Shown: in pieces, positions 20,026-29,003 of the stretch
Layout: every line of letters begins with the position of its first letter
Numbering within the stretch: the first letter of the stretch is position 1
NCBI GenBank assembly: GCA_902588745.1
Contig: CACIQI010000005.1
Span: 14,070-78,069 of the forward strand
From: an uncultured Alphaproteobacteria bacterium
GTDB lineage: Bacteria; Pseudomonadota; Alphaproteobacteria; HIMB59; GCA-002718135
DNA length: 64,000 bases
Direction of reading: 5' to 3'
The notes under the pieces: model-generated
What the model saw: only the letters and a program-made list of their open reading frames with translations
Database searches by the model: none
What the model was told of the DNA's origin: nothing
Translations under genes and position numbers: made by a program

Positions 20026-21057
20026 TTAGATTTCTTGATGTTTACTTTCTTTATTTCGACTGAAATATAATTGCATAAGTGTTAAAAATAAAAGTACCAC
20101 ACCGAGAACCATAGATGCGGCGGCTGCAAGACCAAAATTTTGAACAGATCCAGATGAAGCAAATCCTGTGGTAAAAATATATTGAACAATCAATGATGTA
20201 GATGTTCCAGGCCCCCCACCAGTTAAAACATATATTTCATCAAATGTTTGAACACCTTTTATTGAGGCAAGAATAAATACAACTAATAAATTTGGCATTA
20301 GAAGAGGTAGAGTTATTCGAAAGAAAATTCTTTCTCGGCTAGTTCCATCCATTTCGGCTGCCTCATATAAATTTGGAGGTATTGCTTGAAGACCTGCTAA
20401 TACAATCAGAGTGTAAAAACCCATATGGGCCCATATTGATACAAAGATTACAGATGCCATAGCCCATGATGGATCCGTTAAAAATGATACTTTGTCTCCA
20501 CCATAAGACTCAATTATTGCATTGAAAGCTCCATTTTTTAGCAGTATCCATTGCCAAATCAAACCAACAACAACTGGTGACAATAAAACAGGGAAAAAAA
20601 ATACCGATCTAAAAAAGCCTCTGCCAATAATTTTCTTATTTAATATCACGGCAGTCAAAACTGAAAAGAAAATCATTAAGCCAACTTGAAAAACAACAAA
20701 AAATATAGTGTTATAAACTCCTCTCCAAAAAAAATCTTCTGTACATGTATTTGGGTTTAAATAACTCTCACAATCAAATAACTGATCATATTGTTTTGTT
20801 GTAGGAAGTTCTCTCTCAGCAAATAACAGTTCGTCACCAGATGATAATGAAAAGAAAAAGTTTGCACCAAGAGGGATTATTACAAATAATCCAAAAAAAA
20901 TTAAATTTGGAAGCAAAAAAATATATGGCATATTTCTTACACCAATAATTTTTTGAATTGGCCACATGATTAAATCAATAGCATGCATTAAAAATGCAAA
21001 GGGAATGTTTAAAATTCTAAGGAAAAAAATTTTTGTTTGATTTCTAATATTTTCCAT
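20026..21057 (-). CDS. CUT1 sugar ABC permease (MalF/UgpA-like)
   Basis: 343 aa with the EAA loop LYEAAEMDGTSRERIFFRITLPLL. Confidence 0.85.
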   Translation of the reverse strand: MENIRNQTKIFFLRILNIPFAFLMHAIDLIMWPIQKIIGVRNMPYIFLLPNLIFFGLFVIIPLGANFFFSLSSGDELLFAERELPTTKQYDQLFDCESYLNPNTCTEDFFWRGVYNTIFFVVFQVGLMIFFSVLTAVILNKKIIGRGFFRSVFFFPVLLSPVVVGLIWQWILLKNGAFNAIIESYGGDKVSFLTDPSWAMASVIFVSIWAHMGFYTLIVLAGLQAIPPNLYEAAEMDGTSRERIFFRITLPLLMPNLLVVFILASIKGVQTFDEIYVLTGGGPGTSTSLIVQYIFTTGFASSGSVQNFGLAAAASMVLGVVLLFLTLMQLYFSRNKESKHQEI

Positions 21058-21075
21058 TAAATGATTTCGAAAAAA

Positions 21076-21096
21076 AGCTGCTCAAAATGAGCAGCT
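21076..21096 (-). terminator. hairpin plus T tract between the binding-protein gene and the first permease gene
   Basis: The minus strand reads AGCTGCTCA-TTT-TGAGCAGCT (9-bp stem) followed by TTTTTT, about 15 nt before the permease ATG (21057). Confidence 0.65.
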
Positions 21097-21122
21097 TTAT
21101 ATTATTATTATTTTGGATGTAA

Positions 21123-22403
21123 TTATCCGCCGTATTTTTCTTTAAGTTGTTTTTCAACATCTTCATCCATACGCGTCCAAGCTTCTTCCATTGTCATTTC
21201 ACCAACAATAGCTTGTCCTAATCTTGAGATAATTGCGTTAAACATTATACGGTTGTCAACGTGTGCCTGAAGATCAAAAGCGACTTGATCAATAGTTGGC
21301 ACTGCGCCAGCAAAAGTGTTTAATGCATGTTTTGCGTTTGGATCATCAGTTTGATAGTCAACTTGTAGATCTAAGTGTCCAGGGATAGCAAGAACTTGAC
21401 CAATAAAACTACTTAGTTGTTCTTTACTAGAAAGATAATCCATTACCTTTCCAACAGCTGGATTAGCATTGAATGCTAATAGTGCATTTCCACCTGGCAT
21501 TCCAGTACATGCAGCAGGACCACATGGAGCTGGTACAGCCCACCAATCAAAATCATCTCCTACTTCATTTGCAAATCTTCCAATTTGCCATGAACCACTC
21601 ATCATGAAAACTACCTCAGCAGCATTCCACCAATCATTTGGAGCATGATATTTAGATCCTGAAACTGATCCCCAAAGATCTTTACTCATTGTACCTGCTT
21701 GGTGCCAGTCATAAAGCATTTGAGTCATAGCTTTTAATCCATCATCAACTAATTTTGGATCACCATTTGAATCAAAATATTTCGCACCCATAGAAATCGC
21801 AGGGCCTGATACACGGTGACCTGATCTATCCCAAGCCATTGGTATAGGAGTACCTGTTTTTTCTGCTACTTCAATTGAAACTGCTGCCCATTCTTCCCAA
21901 GTTGCACCAGGGCCTAATAGATCTACACCAGCTTGTTCAAATAGAGTTTTATTTACATATGGACCAGTAACGGTCATTGTAGAATGGAAACCATGAATTG
22001 AAGTTGTATCTCCAGGCTTACGATACCAATTTAAAAAAGGACCGAAGCTTTTTTCATAGTAACTTGGATCAGCTACATAAGGCGTAATATCAGCATAATA
22101 TTTGTTTAATCCACCAAGATCAGTAACACGAGCAATGTCAGGACCTTCACCAGCAGCAAGCTGGATAGGTAGAGTGTTCATTATTGCATCATATGGTACA
22201 ATATCTAAAATTACATTTATATCTGGATTAGCTGCATTAAACTCATCAATTTGTGCTGCAATTGGCACATTTTCTTTGTCTCCATCTCCATACCACATAA
22301 TACGTACATCTGTGGCAGCAAAAGAAACTGCAGAAATTAAAGTTAATGAGAATGAAACTAAAGCTACAGATATTGCTTTTAAAATAAACTTAAAGTTCAT
22401 CAT
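21123..22403 (-). CDS. extracellular solute-binding protein family 1 (CUT1 sugar-binding protein)
   Basis: 426 aa. Signal peptide ...LISAVSFA followed by ATD. Operon-first position. Confidence 0.85.
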   Translation of the reverse strand: MMNFKFILKAISVALVSFSLTLISAVSFAATDVRIMWYGDGDKENVPIAAQIDEFNAANPDINVILDIVPYDAIMNTLPIQLAAGEGPDIARVTDLGGLNKYYADITPYVADPSYYEKSFGPFLNWYRKPGDTTSIHGFHSTMTVTGPYVNKTLFEQAGVDLLGPGATWEEWAAVSIEVAEKTGTPIPMAWDRSGHRVSGPAISMGAKYFDSNGDPKLVDDGLKAMTQMLYDWHQAGTMSKDLWGSVSGSKYHAPNDWWNAAEVVFMMSGSWQIGRFANEVGDDFDWWAVPAPCGPAACTGMPGGNALLAFNANPAVGKVMDYLSSKEQLSSFIGQVLAIPGHLDLQVDYQTDDPNAKHALNTFAGAVPTIDQVAFDLQAHVDNRIMFNAIISRLGQAIVGEMTMEEAWTRMDEDVEKQLKEKYGG

Positions 22404-22496
22404 TTATCCTCCAATTTTTTTCAGACTTAAACATATTAAATTATTATATACAAGTAATAAAAACCCAGAAATAATGGCAAATTTTGAAATTAAATA

Positions 22497-22521
22497 ATAA
22501 TATTTTGTTAAAAAATATTAT
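22497..22521. promoter_or_regulatory. inverted repeat ATAATATTTT-N5-AAAATATTAT, 17 nt upstream of the isomerase-like gene
   Basis: 10-bp perfect arms read directly from the sequence. They are all A/T, so chance occurrence is not negligible. Confidence 0.25.
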
Positions 22522-22538
22522 AAACATATCAAAATTCA

Positions 22539-23912
22539 ATGATTGGTTATTTAGCATTAGCAAGAGATACATTTGATATAAATTATGCTTTAGATAATAA
22601 AAAAAGGTTTGAAAAATTTATAGATATTTTAGACATTAAATACTCACATTTTAAAGAATTAATTACAGATGATGAAACAGGGAAAAAAGCTATTAGATAT
22701 TTTAAAAAACTAAATTGTAGCAAATATATCATTGCTCAAACAACTTTCACTGATGCAAAATTTATAACAAGTTTTGCTAAAACATTTAATAAACCAATAC
22801 ATTTAATAAGTTTTAAAGAGCCGAGAACAGGTAAGCGGTTAAGATTGAACTCTTTATGTGGTGTAAATCTTGCTATGCATTCTTTAATCAAATTAAAATA
22901 TAAACCAGAATTTTCAATATTTATTAATAATAAATTATTTGAAATGGAAAAAATTAATAATTTTTTAAAAAATAAAAAAATTTTAAAAAATAATACATTG
23001 AAAAAAATAAAAAATCCTAAAAAGAAAGATGATATTATTTTTTCAAAAAAAAAGAATTTAGGACTTGTTGGAAAAAGACCAGATGGATTTTTTACCTGTG
23101 ATTATGATAATAGAGAAATAGAAAAAAAATTAAATTATAGTCTTAAGAAAATTAAATTAGAAACTTTGTTTAATATTTCTAAAAATGTTAGCACTAAAGA
23201 TATTACAAAAACTAAAAATCAAATAAAAAAAGATTTAAAATCAGTCTCAAAGTTGAATGCAAATGAATTAAATAAAAGTATTTCAATTTTTCATGGATTA
23301 GAAAAAATAAAAAATGATAACAAAATTGATACTTTTGCAATTAAGTGTTGGCCTGAAATGTTTACTCAATTTGGATGTGCATCATGTGGTCCAATGGCTA
23401 TGATGAATGAAAAGGGAGTTAGTAGTGCATGTGAAGCTGATGTATTAGGAAGTATAAGTTGCGATATTTTAAATAAGATAAATAACAGCCCGTCACTTTT
23501 AGTAGATGTTGTTGATTGTGATCCCAAAACTGATACTTTAGTTTTTTGGCATTGTGGATTAGCTCCAATTAGTATGGCAAAAAAAAATACAGCAAGTGCA
23601 ACTGTACATTCTAATAGAAGGAAAGCATTGCTTCATGATTTTGCATTTAGACCTGGAAAAATAACAATATTTAGAGTTTCAAAATCAGAAAATAAATTAA
23701 AATTTATTGTTATTAAAGGTGAAGTTTTAGATAAAAAAAATTCATTTTCAGGTACTTCGGGTGTTGTGAGATTTCAAACAAATACCTATCAAAAATTAGT
23801 TAGATTATTCACGTCTGGTATCGAACATCATCTAGCATTCACATATGGAGATGTATATTCAGAAATAAAAAAACTAAGTGCGCAATTGAATATTCCAATT
23901 TACACAACATGA
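22539..23912 (+). CDS. L-fucose/L-arabinose isomerase family protein (short FucI/AraA-like aldose-ketose isomerase)
   Basis: 457 aa. The C-terminal half carries AIKCWPEMFTQFGCASCGPMAMMNEKGVSSACEADVLGS and FWHCG blocks typical of this family. A K/N-rich low-complexity linker lies in the middle. Confidence 0.65.
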   Translation: MIGYLALARDTFDINYALDNKKRFEKFIDILDIKYSHFKELITDDETGKKAIRYFKKLNCSKYIIAQTTFTDAKFITSFAKTFNKPIHLISFKEPRTGKRLRLNSLCGVNLAMHSLIKLKYKPEFSIFINNKLFEMEKINNFLKNKKILKNNTLKKIKNPKKKDDIIFSKKKNLGLVGKRPDGFFTCDYDNREIEKKLNYSLKKIKLETLFNISKNVSTKDITKTKNQIKKDLKSVSKLNANELNKSISIFHGLEKIKNDNKIDTFAIKCWPEMFTQFGCASCGPMAMMNEKGVSSACEADVLGSISCDILNKINNSPSLLVDVVDCDPKTDTLVFWHCGLAPISMAKKNTASATVHSNRRKALLHDFAFRPGKITIFRVSKSENKLKFIVIKGEVLDKKNSFSGTSGVVRFQTNTYQKLVRLFTSGIEHHLAFTYGDVYSEIKKLSAQLNIPIYTT

Positions 23913-24997
23913 AAACAAAAATTAAATATGGAATTGTTGGAAGTGGACTAATGGGTTGTGAACATATTTCAAATATTAATCTTATAGATTCAGCTGAAGT
24001 AGTTGCCATCTCAGACAGTAATGAAAATTCAATAAATAAAGCTAAAAATCTTATCTCAAATGATATTAAAATCTATTCAAATAATAATGAAATTTTTAAA
24101 AATAATGAAGTGGATGCTTTTATTATTTCGACTCCCAATTTTACCCATCATGATATAATTAAAGAAGCGTTAAAAACAAAAAAACATTTATTAATTGAAA
24201 AACCCTTATGTACAAAATTAGAAGATTGTCTTGAAATTAAAAAATTATCAACTTCATATCCATCAGTTATATGGGTGGCTATGGAGTATAGGTACATGCC
24301 ACCTGTTAAAAAAATGATCCAAGAAATAGGTAGTAATAAAATTGGTAAGCTTAAAATGCTTTCAATTCGTGAACATAGATTTCCATTTCTCAAAAAAGTA
24401 GATGATTGGAATAGATTCCAAATAAACACCGGTGGAACATTAGTAGAAAAATGCTGTCATTTTTTTGATTTAATGCGCCTAATTACAAATAGTGAAGTTA
24501 CACAAGTATATGCAAGTGGTGACCAAAGTGTAAATCATCTTAATGAAAATTATAATGGAAAAGTTCCTGATATATTGGACAATGCATTTGTAATTTTAGA
24601 TTTTAAAAATGGAATAAGAAGTTCTTTAGAACTTTGTATGTTTGCAGAAAATTCAGAAATGCAAGAAGAGCTATGTGCTGTTGGAGATAAGGGTAAAATA
24701 GAAACAGGTGTGCCAGCTGATGTATCTGGAAAAAACTCTTCAGAAGTTAGAATAGGTTTAAGAAACTCTAAAAATGCAATTAAAGAATTAGTTGAGGTAG
24801 ATAAAAAAATTTTATCAGCTGGGCAACATCATGGATCGACTTATTATCAACATTTAGAATTTATTAAAGCAATTAATAATAATTTAAAACCACAAGTTTC
24901 TATAAACGATGGTCTTCATGCAGTGGCTATTGGAGAAGCAGCAGAGAAATCAATAAAAGAAAATCGTGTGGTTAAGATGAGTGAATTTAATCTTTAA
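23909..24997 (+). CDS. Gfo/Idh/MocA family oxidoreductase
   Basis: 362 aa with YGIVGSGLMGCEH and EKPLCTK. ATGA overlap with the upstream gene. Confidence 0.85.
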   Translation: MKTKIKYGIVGSGLMGCEHISNINLIDSAEVVAISDSNENSINKAKNLISNDIKIYSNNNEIFKNNEVDAFIISTPNFTHHDIIKEALKTKKHLLIEKPLCTKLEDCLEIKKLSTSYPSVIWVAMEYRYMPPVKKMIQEIGSNKIGKLKMLSIREHRFPFLKKVDDWNRFQINTGGTLVEKCCHFFDLMRLITNSEVTQVYASGDQSVNHLNENYNGKVPDILDNAFVILDFKNGIRSSLELCMFAENSEMQEELCAVGDKGKIETGVPADVSGKNSSEVRIGLRNSKNAIKELVEVDKKILSAGQHHGSTYYQHLEFIKAINNNLKPQVSINDGLHAVAIGEAAEKSIKENRVVKMSEFNL

Positions 24998-25922
24998 AAT
25001 ATTCAAAAAATTTATTTGTTTTATCAATTATAAAATTACTTACTCTAACGTTTGATTCAGCAGTTACACCTGCAATATGAGGTGATAAGATGCAATTCAT
25101 ATCATTTGTAATATTGTTAAAAAATTCTTCATTTACTGGTTCATTTTCAAAAACATCTAATGCGAAACCAGAGATATATTTATTTTTATAAGCATCAATT
25201 AAGTCTTTCTCATTGATGACGCCACCCCTAGAAGAATTAATTATAATTGGTTGTTTTTTCATTTTAATAAAAGCTTGTCTGTCAAATAGATACTTTGTTT
25301 CATTATTTAATGGGACATGAATAGAAATTATGTTGGCCAAATTAAGAATTTCATCGAATGAAACTTTCTTAACATTTTCTGCCTCCATTTGTTTTGAGGT
25401 TATAAAAGGATCATATGCAATACAGCTAACATCAAAAACATTTACAAGATTTAAAACTTTTTTTGAAATATCCCCAAAACCTATTAGACCAAAAGTCTTT
25501 CCTTTAAGTTCTTTTGTAACAATTGATGTCCTTGGCCATTTTCCTTGTAGAGTTTGTTCTTTAATAATGTGAGTTTTTTTTAATAATGTAAGAGAAGAAT
25601 TCAAAACGTATTCTGCAACAGAGTCAGAATTCATACCTGTTGCTGGCTGAACAATGATATTATTTTTTTTACAGTATTCTGTATCTATATTATCAAGACC
25701 AACACCTAATCTTCCTATAAACTTTAAATTTGACGCATTTATTAAAATTTTCTTATCTAAACTTGTTTTATTCCTTACGATGATGCCATCAAATTTCTGA
25801 ATTTCTCTTTCTAAAAAATCTTTATTTTGCCAGGCATCTTTTTTATAGATTACATCAAATTTTTTATTAATATTTTGCAATGATTGTGAATCTATAAATT
25901 CTGTAATTAAAATTTTTGTCAT
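24987..25922 (-). CDS. D-isomer-specific 2-hydroxyacid dehydrogenase (phosphoglycerate/glycerate/hydroxypyruvate reductase-like)
   Basis: 311 aa with GLIGFGDISKKV, SSRGGVI, DVFENEP and SPHIAG. Confidence 0.85.
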   Translation of the reverse strand: MTKILITEFIDSQSLQNINKKFDVIYKKDAWQNKDFLEREIQKFDGIIVRNKTSLDKKILINASNLKFIGRLGVGLDNIDTEYCKKNNIIVQPATGMNSDSVAEYVLNSSLTLLKKTHIIKEQTLQGKWPRTSIVTKELKGKTFGLIGFGDISKKVLNLVNVFDVSCIAYDPFITSKQMEAENVKKVSFDEILNLANIISIHVPLNNETKYLFDRQAFIKMKKQPIIINSSRGGVINEKDLIDAYKNKYISGFALDVFENEPVNEEFFNNITNDMNCILSPHIAGVTAESNVRVSNFIIDKTNKFFEYFKD

Positions 25923-26827
25923 TTAATTTTTCTAATTTTTAATTTTTTTAAAAACTTTTTTACGTTGTTTAAATTTGGTATTGAATATATGCCTCCTGCT
26001 TTCATGCATTTTAAAGTTGCAGTAGCTGCTGCCAATTGAATACTTTGAGAGTTTGATTTATTTAATGATAGAGCTGTTGCAAAAGCACCATGAAAAACAT
26101 CTCCTGCACAATTCGTTTCAACTGTTTTTACTTTTGGAACATTACAATGATATAATGAGTTATTTTCAACCCAATAAACACCTTTTGATCCCATAGTAAC
26201 TGCAACAAATTTATTTGTTTCATTGAATATTTGAAAAAGAGCCTTTTGCGTATTGATGTTTTTTTTATAAGTTTTCAAACCTTCTTCAGAAAATATAGGG
26301 TGCGAAGCTTTGTGAACAATTTCAGAAATTTTATTAGAATTTTTAAAATTATCTAGATCAGCAACACATTTAATATTTTTTTTATTGGTATTAATAGCAA
26401 TATAAGAGGCCATATCTATCCATCTCATATCTATTGAATAAATATCCTTTTTTTTAAAATTTAATTTGGGTATTTTCTTATAATCAAGTAATTTTGGATC
26501 ATTGTATGCTGCTAGTAATCTTTCACCCTTTGTATCCTCAATTACAAAGCTTTGCGAAGACTGACATTTTTTAATAAAAATTGATTTACTAGTATTTATA
26601 GAAAATTTTTTTAATTCATTTTTTAAAAAGACTGATGAATCATCATCTCCAAATTTTCCTATGAATTTTGATTCAGAGCCCAAAATTCTTGCAGTAAATG
26701 CCGATACTGCTGCTGAACCACCTAATCTTTTATCAATACCTCTAGATAAAACTTTAATTGGTTTTTTTGGAAATTTATTAATCCTACTTATGTAATCTGT
26801 AAATATTGATCCTGCACAAATGATCAT
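25919..26827 (-). CDS. PfkB family carbohydrate kinase
   Basis: 302 aa with an N-terminal GGSAAVSA block and the C-terminal PfkB signature TNCAGDVFHGAF. Confidence 0.85.
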   Translation of the reverse strand: MIICAGSIFTDYISRINKFPKKPIKVLSRGIDKRLGGSAAVSAFTARILGSESKFIGKFGDDDSSVFLKNELKKFSINTSKSIFIKKCQSSQSFVIEDTKGERLLAAYNDPKLLDYKKIPKLNFKKKDIYSIDMRWIDMASYIAINTNKKNIKCVADLDNFKNSNKISEIVHKASHPIFSEEGLKTYKKNINTQKALFQIFNETNKFVAVTMGSKGVYWVENNSLYHCNVPKVKTVETNCAGDVFHGAFATALSLNKSNSQSIQLAAATATLKCMKAGGIYSIPNLNNVKKFLKKLKIRKIK

Positions 26828-26837
26828 AAAATATTAA

Positions 26838-27407
26838 TTAAAGGTATTTAACTTTACCAATAAACTTTCTAAACCTATCTCTTATAGTTATAGGATTGAG
26901 CGGAATGGGATCAATTTTAACATTTCCAGAATTGATCTTTGAAATTATTACATATGAATTATCTTTATCATCAATGGCTTTGTTTAATTCATTAACTGTT
27001 TCCTCGCCAGAACATTCAATCACATTTTTGCAGCCAGCTCCTAATGCAACATCCTTTAAGGAAGTTTTCTCATCAGTAAATGTTCGTTGATCTCCTGTAG
27101 ATCCATAAGAACCATTATCAATTATCAATAAAGTATAGTTTGATGGCGCTCTATTACCTATTGTTGCTAAAGTATTCATATTCATTAAAACTGATCCATC
27201 ACCATCTATACTAATAACGTGTTTATTTTGGGATAGTGCCAAGCCTAAGCCAATAGAAGATGATAAGCCCATACTGCCTAACATATAAAAAAAATTTGGT
27301 TGATCACTAATTTTATATAATTCTTGAGATGGAAGACCTATATTACAAATAACTAAGTTATCTTTAAGAATATTTTGTACCTTATTTAATAAATCAAAAC
27401 GGTTCAT
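26838..27407 (-). CDS. TPP-dependent decarboxylase beta subunit, sulfopyruvate decarboxylase ComE-like (phosphonopyruvate decarboxylase not excluded)
   Basis: 189 aa, the size of ComE. TPP motif IDGDGSVLMNMNTLATIG...LLIIDNGSYGSTG. Confidence 0.65.
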   Translation of the reverse strand: MNRFDLLNKVQNILKDNLVICNIGLPSQELYKISDQPNFFYMLGSMGLSSSIGLGLALSQNKHVISIDGDGSVLMNMNTLATIGNRAPSNYTLLIIDNGSYGSTGDQRTFTDEKTSLKDVALGAGCKNVIECSGEETVNELNKAIDDKDNSYVIISKINSGNVKIDPIPLNPITIRDRFRKFIGKVKYL

Positions 27408-27904
27408 TTATCATCTTTCATTAAATTGAAATCACATAAAATAGCTACTGGTGATTCAACAACTTTGGCATGTTTGCTAAAAGTTGAAATTTTATCTAAT
27501 TCTTTTTCAGAAGAGCAATGCAACATAGGTATTCTCAACGTTTGTAAAATATCTTCAGTAATCTTCGCCATTCCACCTTGCGCTCCTACTGGCTCACCAG
27601 GTGTACCCCTGTAACTAATTAAAAAAACAACAGGCATTTGATATAATTGTAATAGAGAAACAATTGCATTCACTGAATTTCCAATCCCTGTATTCTGCAT
27701 CATTATACACGGGAATTTATTTCCTAAATAAGCTCCAGCACAAATACCCATACCTTCTTCCTCTCTTGGTACAGCTGAATAATAAACATCTTTATCATTT
27801 TCAAGAATATCAATCATGTTGGCTAATAACTTACAAGGAACACTTAAGTAAAAATCTACTCCACCTTTTTTTAAATTATCGATGATTTTTTTACTGATTT
27901 TCAT
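27404..27904 (-). CDS. TPP-dependent decarboxylase alpha subunit, sulfopyruvate decarboxylase ComD-like
   Basis: 166 aa, the size of ComD. Pyrimidine-binding domain blocks (PREEEGMGICAGAYLG, MQNTGIGNS). ATGA overlap with the beta subunit gene. Confidence 0.65.
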   Translation of the reverse strand: MKISKKIIDNLKKGGVDFYLSVPCKLLANMIDILENDKDVYYSAVPREEEGMGICAGAYLGNKFPCIMMQNTGIGNSVNAIVSLLQLYQMPVVFLISYRGTPGEPVGAQGGMAKITEDILQTLRIPMLHCSSEKELDKISTFSKHAKVVESPVAILCDFNLMKDDK

Positions 27905-27950
27905 TTATGCGGATGTCTATAGATATAAAATTATAAAACAATAAATTAAT

Positions 27951-29003
27951 TTATTTAAAATCATTTCTTAATTTTATTTTTGTATTTGAATTATATGTTT
28001 CGCCTACTTTTAATATAGTTGATGGAAAATTTGGTTGATTAATAGCATCTGGAAAAATTTGCGTTTCTAGACACATACCATATTGTAATCCATAATTTCG
28101 ATTATGTTTACCATGATATGAATCTTTCATCATATTACCAGTATAAAATTGTATTCCAGGTTGATCAGTCGAGTATTCAACTCCCATACCAGTAATATTA
28201 CTGTAGATGGAAGCTATAGATTGATCAATAGAATGATCTTTGAGAACATAATTGTGATCAATACCACCGCCATCTAAAAAAGATTTATTTATTTCAAATG
28301 AATTATTAAGATCATATTTTGTATTAACTACATCGAATAATTTACCAGTAGGAATTGATCCCTCATCAGTTTCGCAAATTTGATTAGATGATATTCTTAC
28401 AACATGGTCAGTAATATTTTTATAATTATCTTTATGGCCATGGAAATTCCAATAGTTATGATTAGTCATATTAACAATAGTATCTTGATCTGTAGTAGCA
28501 TTAAAGGAAATTAGAATTTCGTTATTATTATTAAGTTCGTAAATAGTTTTACAATTTAGGTTGCCTGGATAATTTTCTTCTAAATGTTTAGACTGGTAAG
28601 TGAGTTCTACTTTTATACTTTGGCTTGTTTTTATAATATCGGCTATTTTCCAAATCTTTTTATTGAAACCTACCTCTCCACCATGAAGATGATCAGGTTC
28701 AGTATTAGAATATAAATTATATTCTTTCCCATTAAGAGTAAATTTACTTTGCCCTATTCTATTACAAACTCTTCCAATAATTGAATTGAAATATCCATGA
28801 GCTTCCAGGCAATCATCTAAATTACCATAACCTAATAAAACATCCTCTGTTTCAGAAAGATTCGAAGAAATTGGAATACAAACTTCACTCATATAACCAC
28901 CATAAGTATAAAAACTAAAACTATAATTGTTTGAGTTAATAATATTAACTATGTCAATATTTAAACCTTTATCATTTTGAAGTTTGGTAATTTTATATTC
29001 CAT
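27951..29003 (-). CDS. aldose 1-epimerase (mutarotase)
   Basis: 350 aa with HLHGGEVGFNKKIW, TNHNYWNF and CLETQIFPDA blocks of the GalM family. Confidence 0.85.
   Translation of the reverse strand: MEYKITKLQNDKGLNIDIVNIINSNNYSFSFYTYGGYMSEVCIPISSNLSETEDVLLGYGNLDDCLEAHGYFNSIIGRVCNRIGQSKFTLNGKEYNLYSNTEPDHLHGGEVGFNKKIWKIADIIKTSQSIKVELTYQSKHLEENYPGNLNCKTIYELNNNNEILISFNATTDQDTIVNMTNHNYWNFHGHKDNYKNITDHVVRISSNQICETDEGSIPTGKLFDVVNTKYDLNNSFEINKSFLDGGGIDHNYVLKDHSIDQSIASIYSNITGMGVEYSTDQPGIQFYTGNMMKDSYHGKHNRNYGLQYGMCLETQIFPDAINQPNFPSTILKVGETYNSNTKIKLRNDFK

Noticed and set aside
22900-23300. K/N-rich low-complexity stretch in the FucI/AraA-like ORF (NNKLFEMEKINNFLKNKKILKNNTLKKIKNPKKKDD...), considered as a possible insertion, repeat or gene fusion point.
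   Set aside because: No nucleotide-level tandem repeat is visible and the frame is continuous. Similar K/N-rich linkers occur in other proteins of this window (for example uxuA and the UxuB-like gene). This is consistent with AT-driven compositional drift in loop regions.
26838-27904. Interpretation of the split TPP decarboxylase as phosphonopyruvate decarboxylase (phosphonate biosynthesis).
   Set aside because: This is not fully rejected. However, no PEP mutase, aminoethylphosphonate transaminase, phosphonoacetaldehyde dehydrogenase or MpnS-like gene is in the window. The two-subunit 166/189-aa format is the ComD/ComE format. Other sulfonate-related candidates are also nearby. An HMM comparison is needed.
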